In this document: positions 7,459 through 12,635 of the stretch, piece after piece | Position numbering within the stretch: position 1 is the first letter of the stretch | Layout: every line of letters begins with the position of its first letter | Origin: an uncultured Dehalococcoidia bacterium | GTDB lineage: Bacteria; Chloroflexota; Dehalococcoidia; Lucifugimonadales; UBA3495 | Length of the DNA stretch: 12,635 nt | Direction of reading: 5' to 3' | NCBI GenBank assembly: GCA_950072105.1 | Contig: CATMOE010000081.1 | Location: 1 to 12,635 of the forward strand | The notes under the pieces: generated by a model | Databases searched by the model: none | Seen by the model: the letters and a program-made list of their open reading frames with translations, nothing else | What the model was told of the DNA's origin: nothing | Made by a program: the position numbers and the translations under genes

Positions 7459-8379
7459 ATGCAAAGGTTCCTGATGCGGCGGTTCGTGATGATCATAGTT
7501 ACCCTGATTGCCGTATCGATGATTATCTTCATCATGGCGCGTATAACCGGAGACCCCAGGGTTCTGCTTCTCGACGAGAACGCTTCCCGAGAGCAATGGG
7601 AGCGGATGGGCGTGGAGTTGGGGTTGGACAAGCCTACCTATTACCAATACGGCCTCTTCATGAAGGATGTGCTGCGGGGAGACTTCGGCGAATCTATCAA
7701 ACTCCAAGAACCCGTCATGACCGCTATCGCGGGCCGTATATGGCCTACCGTCCAACTCGGTGGAGGGGCCTTCTTGCTGGCCTTGGTGGTGGGAATTCCC
7801 CTGGGCGTGCTGTCCGCAGTCATGCGCGGGACTGCCGTGGACCAACTGGGCAGGGTGATAGCCATGGTAGGGCAAGCTGCGCCTTCCTTCTGGCTGGGCA
7901 TCATGTTCATGTTCTTTTTCGCCGTAAAGTTGGGATGGGTACCTCCTTCCGGCCGCGAGGGGTGGAATAGCATCATTCTTCCCATGGTCACTTTGGCCTG
8001 GGGGGGGTTCCTAGCGGGCAGCCTGCGGCTCATGCGCTCCGCCATGCTGGACGTGTTGGACACGGAGTATATAAAGCTAGCCAAGGCCAAGGGGGTGTCG
8101 ACTAGGTCTTTGATCTGGAAACATGCATTTCGCAACGCCTTGATTCCACCGCTGACCTTAGCCGGCGTTTCCATGCCCGCCATCTTAACCGGCTCCATAA
8201 CAACGGAATTGGTTTTCGCCTGGCCCGGCATGGGCCAGCTAGCGATCCAAGCCCTGTACACCTCTGACTATCCGTTGCTTCAGGGGTTAACAATCGTGTT
8301 CACCTTGGGGTATGTGGGGGTCGCCTTGGCGGTTGACATACTCTATGCCTACATCGACCCCAGGATTCGCTTTGCATAA
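7459..8379 (+). CDS. ABC transporter permease (DppB/OppB-like)
   Basis: ELGLDKP, GDFGES, PSFWLG, EAA loop EYIKLAKAKG, ELVFAWPGMG, YAYIDPRIR. Confidence 0.95.
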   Translation: MQRFLMRRFVMIIVTLIAVSMIIFIMARITGDPRVLLLDENASREQWERMGVELGLDKPTYYQYGLFMKDVLRGDFGESIKLQEPVMTAIAGRIWPTVQLGGGAFLLALVVGIPLGVLSAVMRGTAVDQLGRVIAMVGQAAPSFWLGIMFMFFFAVKLGWVPPSGREGWNSIILPMVTLAWGGFLAGSLRLMRSAMLDVLDTEYIKLAKAKGVSTRSLIWKHAFRNALIPPLTLAGVSMPAILTGSITTELVFAWPGMGQLAIQALYTSDYPLLQGLTIVFTLGYVGVALAVDILYAYIDPRIRFA

Positions 8380-8399
8380 GAGAGGCCGGGAGATGGCAC

Positions 8400-9464
8400 A
8401 TGGCTGAAAGTACTGATCTTACACTGCCTAGGCGGCCTTGGGAGCGTATCTTCAGGGCGATCGTCTACGGGAGGCTAGCCAAGGCCATCTTAGGCAGGAG
8501 GAGGCCGGTTCTGATAATACCGGTCATTGTCCTGACGGCGGTTGTGGTAGCTGGTATCACCGCCCCTTGGATCGCCCCTCACCACCCCACAAGAAGCGAT
8601 CTCAGAGACAGGCTGGTGCCGCCAGTCTGGGGCGGAGAGCAGATTTCCCTGAAGGTGGTGGTAGAGGGGCAATTGGACATTGGGGCGGGGCACAGGCAGA
8701 TCACCCTCGACGATGCCAGGAAGATACAAGAGGATGCCGTCGTGGGTGGCGAGTTGGGGATAGTTACCCGGGCGGGAGGTAGTACCAAATATCTGCTGGG
8801 TACGGACCACTTGGGCCGTGACATCTTGACGCGCATCATCTACGGTGCCCGCATTTCCCTGATCATGGCGGTGTTGACACTGCTGGTAGGCGGTTCGATA
8901 GGTGTTACGGCCGGCTTGGTGGCTGGCTGGTACGGCGGCTGGATAGACGAGTTGATCATGCGCGCAGTTGACATCATATTGGCATTGCCCATTATCTTGA
9001 TCGCGCTGGTCCTAGTGGTGTCCTTGGGTTCGTCCTTTCAGCTTATTATCGTTATATTGGCGATAGCGATATGGCCGCTCTTCTCGCGGGTCACCCGGGG
9101 AGAAGTGTTGCGGGTCAAGGACATGGATTACGTGGCCCTGGCCCAAGTGGCCGGGGCCTCCACCCTGCGTATAATGTTCGTTCACATTCTTCCGGGCGTC
9201 GCCAATAGCGTGATAGTGGTAGCCACGTTGCTGGTGGGCGTGATTATCCTTTTGGAAGCTGCCCTGAGTTTCCTGGGCGCTGGAGTGCCGCCTCCTACCC
9301 CCGCCTGGGGCTCCATGTTGGCCGAGGGTAGAGACAGGATCGCGGTTGCCTGGTGGATCTCCGCGATTCCCGGCATAGCAATCTTTCTCACGGTGCTGTC
9401 CCTTAATCTGTTCGGCGACTGGCTCAGGGATGCCCTGGACCCCAAGCTCCGGCATTTAGAGTAG
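8400..9464 (+). CDS. ABC transporter permease (DppC/OppC-like)
   Basis: LLGTDHLGRDILTRIIYGARISL, DYVALAQVAGA, EAALSFLG, NLFGDWLRDALDP. Confidence 0.95.
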   Translation: MAESTDLTLPRRPWERIFRAIVYGRLAKAILGRRRPVLIIPVIVLTAVVVAGITAPWIAPHHPTRSDLRDRLVPPVWGGEQISLKVVVEGQLDIGAGHRQITLDDARKIQEDAVVGGELGIVTRAGGSTKYLLGTDHLGRDILTRIIYGARISLIMAVLTLLVGGSIGVTAGLVAGWYGGWIDELIMRAVDIILALPIILIALVLVVSLGSSFQLIIVILAIAIWPLFSRVTRGEVLRVKDMDYVALAQVAGASTLRIMFVHILPGVANSVIVVATLLVGVIILLEAALSFLGAGVPPPTPAWGSMLAEGRDRIAVAWWISAIPGIAIFLTVLSLNLFGDWLRDALDPKLRHLE

Positions 9465-9509
9465 CTGGCTGCCCGCCAAGGCTTTACCGGCCAGAGACGA
9501 GACCCAGGG

Positions 9510-9723
9510 GTTATCCCCATGGGCTTGGATGTGACATCCCGTGAGCAGGTCGACCGCGTCATAGCTGAGGCGGCCAGCCTGGGGGCTTGGACATCCTGGT
9601 CAGTAGCGCCTCGCTGCCCGGTGGGTCACCTGGAGCAGTTGGCCCCATCGACACAGTCAACGAAGACGAACTGCTCGGCGACTTCGACGTCAAGTGCGTC
9701 GGCGCACTGCGTTGCGCCCGCGG
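9510..9723 (+). pseudogene. Internal fragment of an SDR oxidoreductase with a frameshift
   Basis: VIPMGLDVTSREQVDRVIAEAASLG, then a frame change at the G5 run (9581-9585) to GLDILVSSASLPGG...DFDVKCVGALRCAR; lacks both TGxxxGxG and YxxxK. Confidence 0.75.
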
Positions 9724-9748
9724 GACTATCTGTAGGAGGAGCCAAGAG

Positions 9749-10279
9749 ATGGCTGATTGGGTTAGACAAGGACGGGTAGCCTGGATTTTCGAGGAAAACT
9801 TCGTCCCCGATGACCTCATGGGGGCGGACAACCTAACGGTGGAGGACCCGGAGATACTGAAGGGCCTAGCCATGAAGGACTATGAGTCCGGCTTCGCAGA
9901 GAAGGTCCAGCCGGGGGACTTCTTTGTTGGAAAAAGCAACTACGGGTATGCCCGAGTCCACGCTGGGGTGAACATCACCATGAAGGCCCTTGGGATTGGA
10001 GGAATAATCGCAGACTCCTTTACCTTGGGGTATCCAGCCGGTGCGGCAAATAACGCCTATCCTCTGGTGCTCACGTGCCCCGGGATCTCCCAGAAGGTAA
10101 GCCGCTGGGACCTACTGGAGGTGGATTTCAAGAGCGGCGTGGTGAAAAACTTGACCACCGAAGAGATTATCCAAGGGATCCCAACTCCCGAGGACATGGT
10201 GCGGATGATCGAGGTGGGAGGGCTTGAAGCGGACGTGCGAAGGAATTTGGAGGCACAGAAGGCTTCCAAATCCACCTAA
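9749..10279 (+). CDS. Divergent LeuD/HacB/DmdB-like small subunit (aconitase swivel domain), 176 aa
   Basis: AGGAGG SD before ATG 9749; GRVAWIF, FAEKVQPGD, GIGGIIADSF, EVDFKSGVVKNLTT, MIEVGGL match the family layout. Confidence 0.85.
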   Translation: MADWVRQGRVAWIFEENFVPDDLMGADNLTVEDPEILKGLAMKDYESGFAEKVQPGDFFVGKSNYGYARVHAGVNITMKALGIGGIIADSFTLGYPAGAANNAYPLVLTCPGISQKVSRWDLLEVDFKSGVVKNLTTEEIIQGIPTPEDMVRMIEVGGLEADVRRNLEAQKASKST

Positions 10280-10513
10280 TAGGGGACCTCTGGGAAACCC
10301 TTAAGTGTGTTGTTGAGGGGCGAATTAACAGGCTCACCCGTCAACTTGGTAGTACATTTCATCATATCTAAAGCTGCATACGCGTAACCAGTGTATCTGG
10401 AGCACACCAAACTTGGGAGCCGACAACCCCTGTTGACCAACGGGTGTAGGATGGAGCCCCTTTTGTTGATCCCCGTCAGTGCTAGCAAATACGGCAAGAA
10501 TCGCCTCCACCGA

Positions 10514-10712
10514 CTCTCGCGCCGATTAGTATCCGGGCAACTCCGTAACCGGCAACCAGCCCGGCGTGTTTACCAATGGATAGGTCTCCAGCGAGGTCGA
10601 CTCGCCTAAATCAGGGTTGACGCTGCAGGAGGCCTTGCGGCCCAACTCCTGGCTACAGATCATAAGAGCAATCCGCCAGACGCATTCAGGATACGTCTGG
10701 CGGATTGCTCTT
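10514..10712 (+). ncRNA. Candidate structured non-coding RNA, family not recognised
   Basis: Hand-folded multi-stem junction closed by GATTAGTA/TACAGATC, ending in a long hairpin with a U-rich tail; strand uncertain. Confidence 0.35.
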
Positions 10713-10717
10713 TCTCT
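10664..10717. terminator. Strong hairpin, probable (bidirectional) intrinsic terminator
   Basis: 19-bp perfect inverted repeat AAGAGCAATCCGCCAGACG (10664-10682) / CGTCTGGCGGATTGCTCTT (10694-10712) between convergent units. Confidence 0.75.
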
Positions 10718-10800
10718 GCTCGGAAACCCTGAGTGGCTTCAGGGCAAATTGTCTCCTTTTCGGCTATTGGAATAGGCTGCTTTCGGTTCTCAGGCGGCTG

Positions 10801-11235
10801 CTAGCTTGATGGCCCGCCAGGAACCGAAGGCCCCTTTCGCGCGAGTTGGGGATCATTGGGATTCAGGCCCAACTCGTCTTCGGAAATATCGGCCCGGCTC
10901 CCCACACTCTCGGTGACAGGACGACCGATTTTGGCCCTCCAGTCCTTGACCATCTGTCCTACCTCTCGGGCGTCAAGGAACCGTGCGCCAGGATCGCTGA
11001 TATGGATCCTTTGCTGATGGGAGTACACCAACTCCTCGTTGAAGAAGAGGTCCAGTTGTCCGTGCCCGCCGGGAACCAGATTGAAAGACTTGATGTCATT
11101 GGGAAATCGTTCCAGGATTTCGCCCGCTATCCAAGCGGCCCTCATAGCGTGCCCTCAAGGAACGCAGTACTCGATCCTGATGTCCAGCTTCTCGATGATT
11201 TCATTGCCATGATTGTGGTTATTGGCGTCCGCCAT
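10801..11235 (-). CDS. Rdx-family (SelW/SelT/SelH-like) selenoprotein, 144 aa, Sec at codon 27
   Basis: MADANNHNHGNEIIEKLDIRIEYCVP-TGA-GHAMRAAWIAGEILERF...LVPGGHGQLDLFFNEELVYS; in-frame TGA at 11155-11157 in a CxxU motif; AAGGGAGGT SD at 11241-11249. Confidence 0.92.
11122..11140 (-). promoter_or_regulatory. Bacterial SECIS-like hairpin
   Basis: mRNA CCGCU-UGGAU-AGCGG starting 16 nt after the UGA, with G near the 5' side of the apical loop. Confidence 0.6.
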
Positions 11236-11262
11236 TACGCACCTCCCTTAATTGATGGAAGC

Positions 11263-11291
11263 AAAGTAGCCGAAGTACCTTAGATTGTCAA
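11263..11291 (-). promoter_or_regulatory. Sigma70 promoter of the selenoprotein gene
   Basis: Minus strand TTGACA (11291-11286), 17 bp, TACTTT (11268-11263). Confidence 0.65.
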
Positions 11292-11376
11292 GGCACGGAG
11301 TTTCAGGCCCGAATCGGGTTAATGATGAATTTCGGGCTTGTGGCCCACAAGTATGAGGAAATAGAGTATAAGTTGT

Positions 11377-11526
11377 CTATAGATCGCGGAATACCTGAAT
11401 AATACCCTGGACGGCCTCCGAAGCGGCCTTCCAGCCGATGAAAAAGGCCAGGGTGGTGCTGATCTCTATGATCTCCTCTTGGGTGATCCCATTATCCAAC
11501 GCCCGTTTGATCTCAGTGGGAATCAT
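11377..11526 (-). pseudogene. C-terminal fragment of a carboxymuconolactone decarboxylase/AhpD-like protein
   Basis: EIKRALDNGITQEEIIEISTTLAFFIGWKAA matches the CMD C-terminal helices; the upstream sequence is the antisense of the aminotransferase fragment. Confidence 0.75.
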
Positions 11527-12010
11527 CAACAACCCCAATTTACTCCGTCCAGGAACTACAGGACGTGGCCCAAGTCGCCATAGAACACGACCTGTTGGTG
11601 GTCTGCGACGAAACATACGAATATTTCATGTATGGTGAGCAACGTCACGTGACCCTAGCCACCTTCCCTGGGATGTGGGAGCGAACCCTTACCAGTTATA
11701 CCTTCACCAAGGCTTATGCCATGTCTGGCTGGCGGTTAGGCTGCATCGTGGGCCCCAAACAACTGTTGGAACCGCTGCGGAAGGTGCACGAACACACGGC
11801 CAGTTTCGTTTCGCCCTTTGTCCAGGCTGCGGGGATAGCGGCGCTGGACGGCCCCCAGAACCACATCGAGGGTTGGGGTCTTAGCTGTGAGACCCTCAGG
11901 TCCGTGGTGGCGGCCCGGTTGAACAGCGTGCCGGGGCTGGATTGCGCCGTACCCCAGGGAGCGACCTTTGTCTTCCCTCGGTATTCCGCAAACTACACGT
12001 CGGCGGAGTT
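11522..12010 (+). pseudogene. Internal fragment of a class I/II PLP-dependent aminotransferase
   Basis: IINNPN, then a frameshifting deletion of the expected NPTG, then YSVQELQDVAQVAIEHDLLVVCDETY, SYTFTKAYAMSGWRLG (PLP Lys), PQGATFVFP; both ends missing. Confidence 0.88.
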
Positions 12011-12375
12011 GGGTACGAAAGCACCGGCATTGGATGACAACCAAGAGAGTCCAGCACTTATATGCTCGGCGCAAGGAGTTGATCGAGCCCATCTTCGGCA
12101 TCCTGAAAGAACAACTAAGTGCTCGTCGGTCCCTCCTTAGGGGCTTGGCCAACATCCGAGCGGAGTTTGTGCTTCTGGCAACGGTCTTCAATCTGAGAAC
12201 GTTGTGGCGGGTTTGGAAGACCCGTAAAAGACCGCTCGCACAGAGGGCGCCTAGCATCTGAATGGGCCAGTGCGCATCTCGGCTTAGGCTCTCCACCTTT
12301 CTTCATCTACTTCGGTAGCGTTCCCAGAACCCAGACACCCCCGACGCCACCACGCTGCCGTTCTGAGACAGGCTC
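12010..12375 (+). mobile_element. 3' remnant of an IS1182-like element (transposase C-terminus 12010-12261 plus probable right end)
   Basis: LYARRKELIEPIFGILKEQLSARRSLLRGLANIRAEFVLLATVFNLRTL is a typical DDE C-terminal motif; TTCTGAGACAGGCTC (12361-12375) resembles a terminal IR, with no partner seen in the window. Confidence 0.8.
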
Positions 12376-12522
12376 TCTCCCCCGCCTCCACCATAAATCG
12401 GATCAAGCTGCGCTCGAAAGCCGAAGAATCCAATCGTCGACTTCCAAAACAGCAATCCCTGAAGCTAAAATGTGTGTAGGTGACGATTGCTCAACCCAGG
12501 ACGAACGGATACGTATCAAAAA

Positions 12523-12572
12523 CCCCCTCTCCCGTTCTTCCGCAGAAGGACGGGAGAGGGTTAGGGTGAGGG
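12523..12572. repeat. Short palindromic interspersed element (CCCTCTCCC...GGGAGAGGGTTAGGGTGAGGG type)
   Basis: 16-bp stem 12525-12540 / 12545-12560 with one G-U pair and a 4-nt loop, followed by TTAGGGTGAGGG. Confidence 0.7.
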
Positions 12573-12635
12573 CCCACGTTTCTTGAAGACTTTGTTTGTT
12601 GAGAGGTAGTGGTCCGATGGGCTCAGGACGAATGG

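Noticed and set aside
9587..9748. SDR-LeuD fusion protein (230 aa)
   Set aside because: Chance in-frame read-through from the SDR fragment; a strong SD precedes ATG 9749.
10335..10446. CACCCGTCAAC...GTTGACCAACGGGTG long-range inverted repeat, superficially like HEARO/omegaRNA or M-box pieces
   Set aside because: Remaining consensus elements are absent and no IscB/TnpB gene is nearby; could be chance.
10500..10660. tmRNA, SAM-I, c-di-AMP/GMP or glmS match
   Set aside because: Only isolated short words (e.g. CCGGCAACC, GTTGACG) match; core conserved motifs are missing.
10846..11283. 145-aa + ORF, and similar antisense ORFs over the MFS and ABC genes
   Set aside because: Shadows of real genes on the opposite strand in GC-rich DNA.
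11565..12140. Intact 191-aa aminotransferase
   Set aside because: Missing about half the fold; the tail after about 12010 is out-of-frame transposase DNA.

Overview
A GC-rich bacterial accessory region that is unusually mosaic. A Chloroflexota (SAR202/Dehalococcoidia-like) origin is only an impression from protein style and is not established. Left to right: (1) a minus-strand large serine recombinase that runs off the left edge and is absent from the ORF track, whose 526-aa + ORF is its antisense shadow; a small overlapping upstream ORF and a divergent hypothetical gene accompany it. (2) A non-coding array of helically phased ACGG/GACTT motifs containing a palindromic 42-bp site that recurs exactly 1959 bp downstream. 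(3) Between the two 42-bp copies, a Ser/Thr-kinase N-terminal stub fused to NHL repeats, with a GlpT/UhpC-like MFS gene inserted almost exactly ORF-to-ORF into the third repeat. (4) A peptide/nickel-type ABC operon (SBP, 4-TM protein with a Cys-Cys motif, two permeases, no ATPase). (5) An SDR fragment and a LeuD-like swivel protein lacking canonical catalytic motifs. (6) A candidate structured ncRNA with a strong hairpin. (7) An intact Rdx/SelW-family selenoprotein gene (CVPU) with promoter, RBS and SECIS-like hairpin, mis-started in the ORF track. (8) Abutting fragments of a CMD/AhpD gene, a class I/II aminotransferase and an IS1182-like transposase, followed by short palindromic repeats.
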